A DNA stretch of 63,992 bases, filler included, from an uncultured Methanosarcinales archaeon (GTDB taxonomy: Archaea; Nanobdellota; Nanobdellia; Woesearchaeales; CAYSVS01): assembly GCA_964434475.1 (NCBI GenBank). It is 5 parts of 5 records of this genome, joined end to end, with 100 filler letters (N's around TTAATTAATTAA, not from the genome) between each part and the next. Parts side by side here need not be neighbours in the genome. Positions count along the whole stretch, not along the records: positions 40,926 to 54,324 come from CAYSVS010000033.1; positions 54,425 to 63,992 come from CAYSVS010000049.1; 3 more parts are not named here. One strand, 5' to 3'. Shown here one piece after another: positions 48,046 through 56,861 of the stretch (its first letter is position 1; the number at the start of each line of letters is the position of its first letter). Both the position numbers and the translations under genes were made by a program. Below the pieces are notes generated by a model. It saw only the letters and a program-made list of their open reading frames with translations, was not told the origin of the DNA and ran no database searches.

Positions 48046-48384
48046 TTACAGGTGTTGTTTCAAAACATCTTCAAGCGTATCGTATGTTGTTATTACGTGT
48101 ATCAATTTTGTAAGTTCAATAACTGATTTTACATAGTTGTTAAACCCATAGTATGCCACTTTCTTGTCGCCCTCTTTCATCTCTTTCTGCATCTCCAAAA
48201 GTAAGCCAATTCCTGATCTGTCTATAAAATTAACTTTTTTGAAATCGATATAAAGAGCTTTGCAGTCTAGTGATGATAATGTATTTTTTGCTTTAGGAGT
48301 GTTGTCATAATTAAGATGGCCATCTAGATGAGCAATAATAATATTTTTTCCCTTATTTTCAAGCCCTATGTCCAGTTTATACAT
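48046..48384 (-). CDS. STAS domain protein (anti-sigma antagonist-like)
   Basis: LDGHL, IDFKKVNFIDRSGIGLL, VIELTKL. Confidence 0.88.
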   Translation of the reverse strand: MYKLDIGLENKGKNIIIAHLDGHLNYDNTPKAKNTLSSLDCKALYIDFKKVNFIDRSGIGLLLEMQKEMKEGDKKVAYYGFNNYVKSVIELTKLIHVITTYDTLEDVLKQHL

Positions 48385-48437
48385 TTTTTATTATCATTAG
48401 GAATAATTTTATAAATGTATCTCTTTGTCGTCTTACT

Positions 48438-48962
48438 ATGGACAGTAGATTAAGTCAAATCAAAGAAGAATACTGTGCTTTCTATAAGTATCTTCTTAGC
48501 GGCGGCAGACTTCCCTATAAGGAAACTGAGTTAGGAATATGGGCAAAGGCAATTCCTGATGAGGTTTATGAGATATTTAAGAATATCGAACTAGAGAAAT
48601 ACGATACGTTTCTTGATTTTGGTTCTGGAGATGGAATAGTTGTTCTTATTGCTTCTTTGTTTACTGATTCGACAGGTATAGAGATAGATAAGGAATTACT
48701 TATGGCGGGTGTTAATATAAGAGATAATCTAGGATTAAATGCAAAATTTATACATGGTGATTTTAATGAAATTGATATTGGTAAGTATGATGTCATTTTT
48801 ATACACCCAGACAAGCCTTTTTTTAGAGGACTAGATGAAATTTTCAAGGATTTTAATGGAATTCTGATAGTTAATGGAGAGCATTATCTGCCTACAAGGA
48901 TGAAGCAGGTAAAGGATTTGAGAAAGCATAAGTTGAATGCCTTTATATACAAAAATCAATAA
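48438..48962 (+). CDS. Class I SAM-dependent methyltransferase
   Basis: FLDFGSGDG, GIEID, GDF, YDVIF. Confidence 0.88.
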   Translation: MDSRLSQIKEEYCAFYKYLLSGGRLPYKETELGIWAKAIPDEVYEIFKNIELEKYDTFLDFGSGDGIVVLIASLFTDSTGIEIDKELLMAGVNIRDNLGLNAKFIHGDFNEIDIGKYDVIFIHPDKPFFRGLDEIFKDFNGILIVNGEHYLPTRMKQVKDLRKHKLNAFIYKNQ

Positions 48963-49791
48963 TGACCATATTATTGCTTCTCATAGTTTCCTTATTTATC
49001 TTGAAACAGTTTTTGTCTACCAATTCAAGTTTTTTTGAGTTGTAAAGCATATTGTAAAAGTCATTCTTGTTTGTTGTCAATATCTTTTTGTAATGAAATA
49101 CCTTTTTGTTGTTCTCATCATAATCGCCGTATAATATATTTATGGATTCTGGAGTATATATTGCGATGCACTTTAGCACAGTGATATAATCCATGGCTAT
49201 CTTTATCGAATATTTTTTTATAGCTTCAAAATGTTTTTTTGCTAGTGCGATGCTTTCTGGACAGTCAAAGCTATGCGGAAAATGGCTTATCAACGCATGG
49301 TCAAAGTAAGTTGTCAGTATATTGTTGTAGAATGGGTTATTTATGTTTGTTGTATTATTACTTATAGGAATTATATAGTCATTATTCTTTCTTGATTCTT
49401 CTTGAAAATTTTTTACAAAAAACTTGCAGCAGCATTCTGGGTAGCCTAAAATCAAACCCAATCCATAATGATCATTGTCTTGTTCAAACTCTTTAGCTAT
49501 CTTTGCTTTTTCCTGTATCTTGCTTATGTATAATACAAGATGACCTGGTATGGGAGAATTATTCTTTATCTTCATGCCTTTGTTGCTGTATTGTTTTTTT
49601 GCATCTAGCATAGCTATCTTGAAATCTGCTTGTTCTATAAATAGTCCGTTTTTTGAACAGAAGACTTCTATATTTGGCAATTCCTCTTTTTTTGCCATTA
49701 TCCTTGCAGCTGGCTTTATATCTTCTATAACATAAAGTATATCTAAGCTTTTTATCCTTGTCTTGAATATATTCAATAGTTTTTCAAGCAT
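48943..49791 (-). CDS. Hypothetical protein (DUF483-like LGYPECC motif)
   Basis: GLILGYPECC, HFPHSFDC. Confidence 0.7.
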   Translation of the reverse strand: MLEKLLNIFKTRIKSLDILYVIEDIKPAARIMAKKEELPNIEVFCSKNGLFIEQADFKIAMLDAKKQYSNKGMKIKNNSPIPGHLVLYISKIQEKAKIAKEFEQDNDHYGLGLILGYPECCCKFFVKNFQEESRKNNDYIIPISNNTTNINNPFYNNILTTYFDHALISHFPHSFDCPESIALAKKHFEAIKKYSIKIAMDYITVLKCIAIYTPESINILYGDYDENNKKVFHYKKILTTNKNDFYNMLYNSKKLELVDKNCFKINKETMRSNNMVIIDFCI

Positions 49792-49855
49792 ATTATGAAC
49801 TCCTCATCTTGTGATTATTAATTATTTATGTGCTCTTATTTATATTTTTAAGAAT

Positions 49856-50293
49856 CTATTTTTTGCTTGATGAAGCTTTAGCTGCACCATAAGAGCCTTT
49901 AATTGTTGGACAGTATGATGTAGAACTGCTGCTTCCTTTAACTCTGTTCCTTACTTTTAAGCCCAATCCATAATTTAAGCTTGTTTTGGTTCCTAATTTA
50001 TAATCGGGATTGCTTTGGCTGTTTCCTTTTTTATAGACATTATCATAAGTATTTTGGTATGTGTTTGCAAGATTATTGTATCCTAACAGTTTGTCATCTA
50101 TTGAATTATAGATATCGCTTTTTTTTCCATCTTTAACCATAAGTTCAGCAAGCTGTGTAAAATAGCCTTTCTGCTCTTTTATGATTTCTGGCGGCATAGC
50201 ATAGTTTGATTGCATACTGCTATACATGCCCATCAATCTCGATCTTTTCTTTAGTTCTTCCATCTCTTTTTCTAGCTCTTTTTCAGGATTCAT
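49856..50293 (-). CDS. Hypothetical protein, low-complexity C-terminus
   Basis: Last gene of a three-gene operon; AGGT RBS-like sequence. Confidence 0.7.
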   Translation of the reverse strand: MNPEKELEKEMEELKKRSRLMGMYSSMQSNYAMPPEIIKEQKGYFTQLAELMVKDGKKSDIYNSIDDKLLGYNNLANTYQNTYDNVYKKGNSQSNPDYKLGTKTSLNYGLGLKVRNRVKGSSSSTSYCPTIKGSYGAAKASSSKK

Positions 50294-50305
50294 TTTTCAT
50301 TACCT

Positions 50306-51100
50306 TTATTGAAAAGTTATCTGTTTTTGTACTATGCCTCTAAAAATCTCTAATGGTTTTGTTCCGTTTGTAATCAATCTTGAAACATGGTTGAATGCAA
50401 CATTATGTATTCCGTTTGTTGCAGGATTAAAGTCAAGATTTATGCAGTTCCTCATATTTGCAACATTATATTCGTGCAAAGAATGCATGAATGCGACCTG
50501 AAATGCAAAAGCTTTTGCTTCTTCATTTATATCATCTACTAAAGGCAAGGATATAGCATGGCCAAGTTCATGTCCTATTGTCAGCATGATCTTGGCAAAT
50601 TCGTCCTCTTTTATGATTATGTTGGTTATCTGGCCTAGATGTCTTCTGTTTAAAGTTACACCTCTTACACCTGGATCCTCTATTTTTGTATTCTCTTTGA
50701 ATTCTTTTTCTGAACATATTATTATGTCTATATCGTCAGGTAATGCATTGTTGGTTGTCTTTTCAAAAGCATCCTTTATGTAGTGCTTTATATCTTCTGC
50801 TTTCCCTGTAAACCTTTCTCTTGGCCTATTGGGGTTAAGGAAAGGGTCAGGAGAAAAGTAATATGAATTGTTTGATGTTGTGGTGTATTGCTTATCGTTT
50901 GTGTAGGTTGATGTATAATTATCTATGACACTGTTGTTTATTATATCGTTCAATGGAGAAGGATGATTGTTTTCGATTATCTTAGTTTCTAGTCCTTGAT
51001 TGCATATATAATCATTGCTGCTGGACGCACAACTAGCGCAATAACTTATCTTTGGTGCATACTGCACCATATTTGTCAATGAATAATTGCTAGTGTACAT
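50306..51100 (-). CDS. HExxH zinc-metallopeptidase-like protein
   Basis: GHELGHA followed by EEAKAFAF. Confidence 0.75.
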   Translation of the reverse strand: MYTSNYSLTNMVQYAPKISYCASCASSSNDYICNQGLETKIIENNHPSPLNDIINNSVIDNYTSTYTNDKQYTTTSNNSYYFSPDPFLNPNRPRERFTGKAEDIKHYIKDAFEKTTNNALPDDIDIIICSEKEFKENTKIEDPGVRGVTLNRRHLGQITNIIIKEDEFAKIMLTIGHELGHAISLPLVDDINEEAKAFAFQVAFMHSLHEYNVANMRNCINLDFNPATNGIHNVAFNHVSRLITNGTKPLEIFRGIVQKQITFQ

Positions 51101-51452
51101 TTTTTACAAATCCCATAAATGATCCATAACTTAAGTCATGTGTTGATTGTGCGTATTGTAATAAGTCAATTTTATTAAATCCGTATTTTATTTTTTGATC
51201 ATTAAATGCTAGATGTGGAGCATCATTTTTATCGTATCCTAATGTTTTAAAAAATTCATACATGAAAACCCCTATTTTCTTGTCTTTGTGTTTTAAGTCA
51301 GATTCTGAAATCTCCATTCTCTTTAGTGTCTGATTATAAGCTTCATTTACTACAGCAATTCTGTGGTCATATAATTCGCTATAGCCTTTAATTACATTTA
51401 GACCTTGCTTTGCTCTTTCCATAAGTGTTTCTAGGTTTGATTCATTTGTCAT
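51090..51452 (-). CDS. Hypothetical protein
   Basis: Overlaps the next gene start; operon-like. Confidence 0.65.
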   Translation of the reverse strand: MTNESNLETLMERAKQGLNVIKGYSELYDHRIAVVNEAYNQTLKRMEISESDLKHKDKKIGVFMYEFFKTLGYDKNDAPHLAFNDQKIKYGFNKIDLLQYAQSTHDLSYGSFMGFVKNVH

Positions 51453-51596
51453 ATTGATCTAACTGCACCATATTAATCATAATATCTATAATGGGCGTTT
51501 TAACTTTATAAATAAAACCTAAAAAAAACAAACAAAAGTGAGACTTTTTTGTCATAATAGGAATGTTTTTATATTTAAAGTATTTATTGATATAAT

Positions 51597-51818
51597 ATGT
51601 CTTTGTTCAAAAAACCAGTTTCAGATTACAAACGAAATATAAAACACCTTCATGAAGAGTTGTTGCGGAAAGATAAGAAAATTGAGGAACTCAAAGAACA
51701 GAACGCAATCCTTATGAGGACAATGATGAGGGAGAACGAGAAGTCAAACCAAATAACTGACCATGCTAAGGAATTGCTTAGGATAAATAAAGAACTTAAG
51801 AAGAAAATAAGAGGTTGA
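51597..51818 (+). CDS. Small coiled-coil protein
   Basis: Heptad pattern; TATA upstream. Confidence 0.7.
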   Translation: MSLFKKPVSDYKRNIKHLHEELLRKDKKIEELKEQNAILMRTMMRENEKSNQITDHAKELLRINKELKKKIRG

Positions 51819-51820
51819 GA

Positions 51821-52438
51821 ATGTATTTAAGAAAAGATCAATGGAAAATATTATATTTTGCTATTATTGCAGTTATATTTTATTCGATAATTTTTATATC
51901 ACAGAAGAACTATGAATTTATGATATATATAGTAGAAATATTGTTTTTTCTATTTCTGATTATTATTACTAATGAGAAGATGGATTATCCTAATTATGTT
52001 TTATGGGGTTTGACTATTTGGGCGATTTTTCATATGTCAGGAGGAGCTTTATATTTTGGAGGTAAAAGATTGTATGATCTTATTTTACTTCCCATAGCAG
52101 GAGCTCCTTATCATATATTTAGGTATGATCAGTTTACGCATCTGTTCGGTTTTGCAGTTGCAACGCTTGTGATGTATCATTTGTTGAAACCAAACTTTAA
52201 GAAGAATTTCAATGCCTGGATATCTATATCTATAGTTGTTATAATGGCAGGGACTGGTGCAGGAGCTTTGAATGAAGTGATAGAATTTTTGACTACTGTT
52301 GTTGCACCTTCAACAGGTGTTGGTGGTTATATCAATAATTCTCTTGATTTGGTATTCAATCTTTTGGGTGCTATCTGTGCTATGGTTTTCTTGATATACA
52401 AAGAAAAAGAAAAGGTCTCAAACGTCTCCAAAAAATAA
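51821..52438 (+). CDS. DUF2238/YjdF-like membrane protein
   Basis: HMSGG, YDQFTHLFG, NEVIEF, DLVFN; multi-TM. Confidence 0.8.
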   Translation: MYLRKDQWKILYFAIIAVIFYSIIFISQKNYEFMIYIVEILFFLFLIIITNEKMDYPNYVLWGLTIWAIFHMSGGALYFGGKRLYDLILLPIAGAPYHIFRYDQFTHLFGFAVATLVMYHLLKPNFKKNFNAWISISIVVIMAGTGAGALNEVIEFLTTVVAPSTGVGGYINNSLDLVFNLLGAICAMVFLIYKEKEKVSNVSKK

Positions 52439-53020
52439 TATTTCGGCAGCAATCTTTCCAAACATAGGCTCTTTTACTGTATATGCTTTTAGTTTGCTGT
52501 GCGGCAAATACTTCTTGAACTTTTCTATTATTGCGTATTTGTCTTTGCTAGTAAATTCTCCTTTTAGTAGAAGGATAGTATAATTAACGTTTCTGTTGTT
52601 AACATCAGAGAATATTCTGTTTATGTTCTTTTCAGCTTCTTTTGTTTCTATCTCGAAAGCAGTATGTTTATTGTCTATATCAACTATCTTTTTGCATGCA
52701 AAATGTGTTCTATAGACTTTATATGCTGGCTCTACCTGCATGAGTTTGTCTATATGTTCCACTATATCTGGATTGCTTCTTACATCTTCGGAGAATTCCA
52801 TATTTAAGACAATCTCTGGATTCTCTAAGCTTGCCATTTCGTCGCTTATTCTGTCCAATATTTCTGTATTTTGGTTCAATGCTTCAACTATCTTCTTTAG
52901 TTCTTTAAGACAGGATAATGGATTATCTGTAGATAGATTAAGCTTAAGATTAGGATATGAAATTGTCAATGACATATTTTCTTTAGAATCTTTTGGTTTG
53001 TTTTTATTCTCTTTTGCCAT
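52418..53020 (-). CDS. Hypothetical protein (possible FtsZ/tubulin C-terminal-like fold)
   Basis: C-terminal beta-alpha-beta-beta pattern ending GKIAAEILFFGDV. Confidence 0.6.
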   Translation of the reverse strand: MAKENKNKPKDSKENMSLTISYPNLKLNLSTDNPLSCLKELKKIVEALNQNTEILDRISDEMASLENPEIVLNMEFSEDVRSNPDIVEHIDKLMQVEPAYKVYRTHFACKKIVDIDNKHTAFEIETKEAEKNINRIFSDVNNRNVNYTILLLKGEFTSKDKYAIIEKFKKYLPHSKLKAYTVKEPMFGKIAAEILFFGDV

Positions 53021-53076
53021 TATGATTAGAATTCAAAGAATATTTATATTATTTTCTGTTTTCTTTGCTATTTTTT

Positions 53077-53244
53077 TCAAATCAATCCCTGCTCTTTCTT
53101 TGCTTTTCTTCTGTATCTTGCATAAGGGTCTTCTGGAGAATATTTTGCGGGTTTTGGCGTCACTGTTTCAATATTGCATTTAGGACAGACAGATTTCATA
53201 GTATATTGTTTGCATATAGGACATTTAAGGATATGGCGTGCCAT
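53077..53244 (-). CDS. nop10: H/ACA RNP protein Nop10 (not in the ORF track)
   Basis: MARHILKCPICKQYTMKSVCPKC...PAKYSPEDPYARYRR; conserved position after aIF2-alpha. Confidence 0.95.
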   Translation of the reverse strand: MARHILKCPICKQYTMKSVCPKCNIETVTPKPAKYSPEDPYARYRRKAKKEQGLI

Positions 53245-53246
53245 TT

Positions 53247-54041
53247 TTATTTGAGTTTTTTACTCTCTTCTTTTATGAATTCGTATGTGCTGTTTGTCTC
53301 TTCCAGCTTATTTTCTATGTAGCTGGTAATGTTTTCCAGTATTTTTTCTGCAATATCGTAATTATCTGCTATTATCTGTAGAGCGAATATTCCTGCTCCG
53401 TTGTATTTGATGGTTGTGCCTTCTTTGTCTTTCAACGCTTCAACAAGAGCATTTTTGATTATATCCACTCCATCGGGTTCATAGGAGCTAAGTTCAAACT
53501 TGCCGTTGATTATCACTTTCATAGGTTTTATCCTTTGTTTGATTATTTCAGAAAGTTTTTTTGCAACTTTTGCTTCTATCCCTAACTTTGAAAGGTCAAG
53601 ATCCTTGTCTACGACCTCATAGAAACAAGGGAATATGTGTTCGTATTTTGGTAGTATGTGTTTGCTTATGTCATAGTATAGTTCTTTTACGCTTTTTTTC
53701 ATCTCGTTTGCGACGTATTCTATTATTTTTTCTGCTTTTTGCTCCTGTTTAATTTCTTCGTTTTTTGTTCTTCTTTGGTTTTCATTGACTCTTCTTAAAC
53801 TGAGGTCAATGTGTCCTTTTTCCTGATTTATTTTTAAGATTTTACATATTATCTTTTTTCCTTCAACAACATAGTCTCTTATGTTCCTGATCCTTCCTGG
53901 ACTTATTTCTGATATGTGAAGCATACCTGATTTGTGTTCATATTCATCAAGCTTAGCGAAAACAGAATGGTGCTGCACTTTAGTGACTGTGCATAATACT
54001 AATTCTCCTTCCTCTGGATAACCTTGTTTTTTATATAACAT
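53247..54041 (-). CDS. eif2a: Translation initiation factor aIF2 alpha subunit
   Basis: PEEGELV, LHISEISPGRIRNIRD, KGHIDLSLRRV. Confidence 0.96.
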   Translation of the reverse strand: MLYKKQGYPEEGELVLCTVTKVQHHSVFAKLDEYEHKSGMLHISEISPGRIRNIRDYVVEGKKIICKILKINQEKGHIDLSLRRVNENQRRTKNEEIKQEQKAEKIIEYVANEMKKSVKELYYDISKHILPKYEHIFPCFYEVVDKDLDLSKLGIEAKVAKKLSEIIKQRIKPMKVIINGKFELSSYEPDGVDIIKNALVEALKDKEGTTIKYNGAGIFALQIIADNYDIAEKILENITSYIENKLEETNSTYEFIKEESKKLK

Positions 54042-54042
54042 T

Positions 54043-54213
54043 TTATTCAAGTACTTCTAATATCCTTGCTTTTATTTTTGATTTTCCGCCAGTAGGTTCT
54101 GCCAATGTTTTATCACATACAAGACATTTTACCTTCTCAGCACTCTTGCCGAACATAATCTGTTCGTTTTTGCATTTTGGACATCTTATCTTAACGAATT
54201 TTGAATTTGTCAT
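54043..54213 (-). CDS. rps27e: 30S ribosomal protein S27e (not in the ORF track)
   Basis: SKFVKIRCPKCKNEQIMF...CLVC..LAEPTGGK; RBS AGGTGA. Confidence 0.96.
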   Translation of the reverse strand: MTNSKFVKIRCPKCKNEQIMFGKSAEKVKCLVCDKTLAEPTGGKSKIKARILEVLE

Positions 54214-54269
54214 AATTAATCACCTTATCTTGAAAAATTAGGGTTGATTTATAAATCTTATGATATTTA

Positions 54270-54324
54270 GGGTTCATCCGGAATAAGGTTCAAATAATAT
54301 TCTAAATATGAGATTAATCATTCT
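54270..54324. mobile_element. Opposite end of the GGGTTCATCCGGAA-TIR IS at a contig end
   Basis: 14-bp identity with 40771-40784, then diverges; preceded by TTA. Confidence 0.55.
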
Positions 54325-54424
54325 NNNNNNNNNNNNNNNNNNNNNNNNNNNNNNNNNNNNNNNNNNNNTTAATTAATTAANNNNNNNNNNNNNNNNNNNN
54401 NNNNNNNNNNNNNNNNNNNNNNNN

Positions 54425-54475
54425 TATCAAGTAGATATATAGAGTTTACGTTTTTGCTAATTTTGCAAAGTTCCC
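54425..54475. mobile_element. Probable IS5-family end abutting the transglutaminase gene
   Basis: AATTTTGCAAAGTTCCC (reverse complement GGGAACTTTGCAAAATT), similar to 35-51 and to IS1106-type ends. Confidence 0.5.
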
Positions 54476-56796
54476 TAAAGAGAACTTTCACAACTCTTCT
54501 TGCTACAACATACATAGCAGCAATGCTTGCAGTCCCAACATTAAGCGTGATAGAAGCATTGCAGCCTAAACCAAAAGAATATGTTGCTGAAAAATCAATA
54601 GATGATAAATTTGATGATTACAAAAAGAAACTAGAAACTGAAAAAGAAAATAAGAGTATTCCTATGATTTCAGAGGATAAAGATAAGCTATTCAGATACG
54701 ATAAAAAGATAGCAAAAAAACTCAAATCTCTTCATCCAAAAAGATTGAAGCCAGGCATATCAGATAAAGAAATAGGTTTCCTTGAACCTATAGCAAGCAC
54801 AGGAATAAAAAAAGACTTTTATTACAAGCTGGGTCATTTTGATGTTTGGCAGAACAATGAGTGGAGCTTCAGTAAAACTATATCAAAAGAAGATTATATA
54901 ATAGGAAATTATGATTTCAAAGATTTTATTCATGACTTCAACTCAAGCCAATATTCTCTAGATGATTTTGTAAACGTATTGGCGACAGAAAGATTAAGTG
55001 AAGTTTCTGAAAAAATAGCACAATCAGAAGCATTTAAAGCAAGATACACACAAAAAATCGACATTGAAATTCCTAACGATTTAAAACGTTTCATTCTTGT
55101 AGGCAACCAATGCAAATCATTTGACGAACTTAGAGAAAAGTTAAATACATTTCATTTTGAAGGTATAATAGACAGCATAAAGAGAGATATTGTTCCTTAT
55201 TTCAAATATGCATTAGCAGAAAAAGAACTTTCACAAAAATACGCTCATTCAGACGATATCCTGAAAACTCTTATAGAGACAAAAACAGGTGATTGTGACA
55301 TAGTCAACACTTATTTTGTTGCTTTGATGAGACAATTAAATATTCCTGCAAGACTTGCTTATGGTTATAGATCAAACCAAGGCAGCTTTACCAACCTAAG
55401 ACACGCATGGTCAGAAATTTTCCATCCCCTAAAAGGTTGGGTTATTGTAGACGCAACACCTCATTCAAATCATACTCTGCGCAAGATTCCTGTAGTAAGC
55501 AACGAATATAAAGAAACAGAAAAGATATCAGATGGAAAATATTGTTTTAAGGAATTTGAATATTTAAGCAAACTAATTTCAAACGCAACACCTCAACAAA
55601 CAAAAGAACGTATAAATAAATTTAATATCTTGCATTCTGAACTATTTCCAAACAAAAAAATAAAAGATGAAGTTATGGGCATAATTGCAGATTTTGCATT
55701 GATTGAAAAAAATTCTGAATTAAAACATAATAAATCTTTGGCAGCACTTATGCTTAATATTTATTCTGCTGAACATTCTCAGGAAGCTACTTTGGCAGCG
55801 CTTATGCTTAATATTCATTCTGCCGAACATTCTCGTGAAGATAGGCTGCCTGAACTATATAGGGCAGTAAGCAAAGATTCTTCTGATATAATAAGGTCTG
55901 CAAATTTCATAATTGATGAAAAAGGCATAAATAGAAACTATGGTTCTATGTTATACGACATGATAAAAGACTTGGTAAAAAAGAAGCTTGATGTTGGCTT
56001 CATACGTAAAGTTCTAGAATGTTCTAGCATGTCATTTTATCGCCCTGGAGATTATGGCGAAGATGCAAAAGCAGATCTTGTCACACTTTTTGAACAACTT
56101 CCTGAAAAAGAAAGAGAAAGGTATTTTATGAGTAATTATAGTAGAGGCGGTATAGCATTTTATTTCAACTTGTTTGCAGATACATTGGACAGGAACTTTT
56201 ACAACAATTTGATAGCTCCTAAAATAATATCTGATGAAAAAAAGGATTCTTTAAAGCGTATCAAAAGTGTGGAATCGTGTATTAAACAATACAAAAACAT
56301 ACCTGATTTGTTAGCATTTGGATTTACTAGTTTTGTTGATTTTGAGAATAGCATAGATGACCTTGCAATTATATTGTCATCAGATAGCTATAACCCTGAA
56401 CATCTAGGAAATGAACTTGATAATATTGCAAGAACATATTTTGAAGCGCGTAAAGATATCAAAGCTAAGTTAAATGAGAATTCAAACTATTATCCTAAAT
56501 TTATTCAATTAGATACTTTGTTTAATCTTTATACTTTGCCTTCAGCCAAAGAATATGTTGCTAAAATAATTTCAGAAGAAGCTGAACTGAATAAACACGG
56601 ATATTCTTATTCCATAAAGACAAACAAAGATTTAGCACTAAACTTCCTTGAAACTGCACAAAATGATTTGGCTAAATTAAGTTACTGGAATATATCGTCC
56701 TGCGTAGAATGTCAAGACAAAATTGACGTGTTAAAAGAAGTGATAGGCATAGTTTCAGACATGTATGGTCAAGAACATACTGATTTCACATTCTAA
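54454..56796 (+). CDS. Exported transglutaminase-like (Cys-His-Asp) domain protein; native start probably lost
   Basis: GDCD, PARLAYGY, HAWSE, GWVIVDATP; N-terminal hydrophobic segment; internal 18-aa duplication. Confidence 0.85.
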   Translation: MLILQSSLKRTFTTLLATTYIAAMLAVPTLSVIEALQPKPKEYVAEKSIDDKFDDYKKKLETEKENKSIPMISEDKDKLFRYDKKIAKKLKSLHPKRLKPGISDKEIGFLEPIASTGIKKDFYYKLGHFDVWQNNEWSFSKTISKEDYIIGNYDFKDFIHDFNSSQYSLDDFVNVLATERLSEVSEKIAQSEAFKARYTQKIDIEIPNDLKRFILVGNQCKSFDELREKLNTFHFEGIIDSIKRDIVPYFKYALAEKELSQKYAHSDDILKTLIETKTGDCDIVNTYFVALMRQLNIPARLAYGYRSNQGSFTNLRHAWSEIFHPLKGWVIVDATPHSNHTLRKIPVVSNEYKETEKISDGKYCFKEFEYLSKLISNATPQQTKERINKFNILHSELFPNKKIKDEVMGIIADFALIEKNSELKHNKSLAALMLNIYSAEHSQEATLAALMLNIHSAEHSREDRLPELYRAVSKDSSDIIRSANFIIDEKGINRNYGSMLYDMIKDLVKKKLDVGFIRKVLECSSMSFYRPGDYGEDAKADLVTLFEQLPEKERERYFMSNYSRGGIAFYFNLFADTLDRNFYNNLIAPKIISDEKKDSLKRIKSVESCIKQYKNIPDLLAFGFTSFVDFENSIDDLAIILSSDSYNPEHLGNELDNIARTYFEARKDIKAKLNENSNYYPKFIQLDTLFNLYTLPSAKEYVAKIISEEAELNKHGYSYSIKTNKDLALNFLETAQNDLAKLSYWNISSCVECQDKIDVLKEVIGIVSDMYGQEHTDFTF

Positions 56797-56861
56797 AGCG
56801 TCATATTTAAATAAATGTTATATAATCCTTTTATTATTAATAATTATAGGGTGAACTAATC

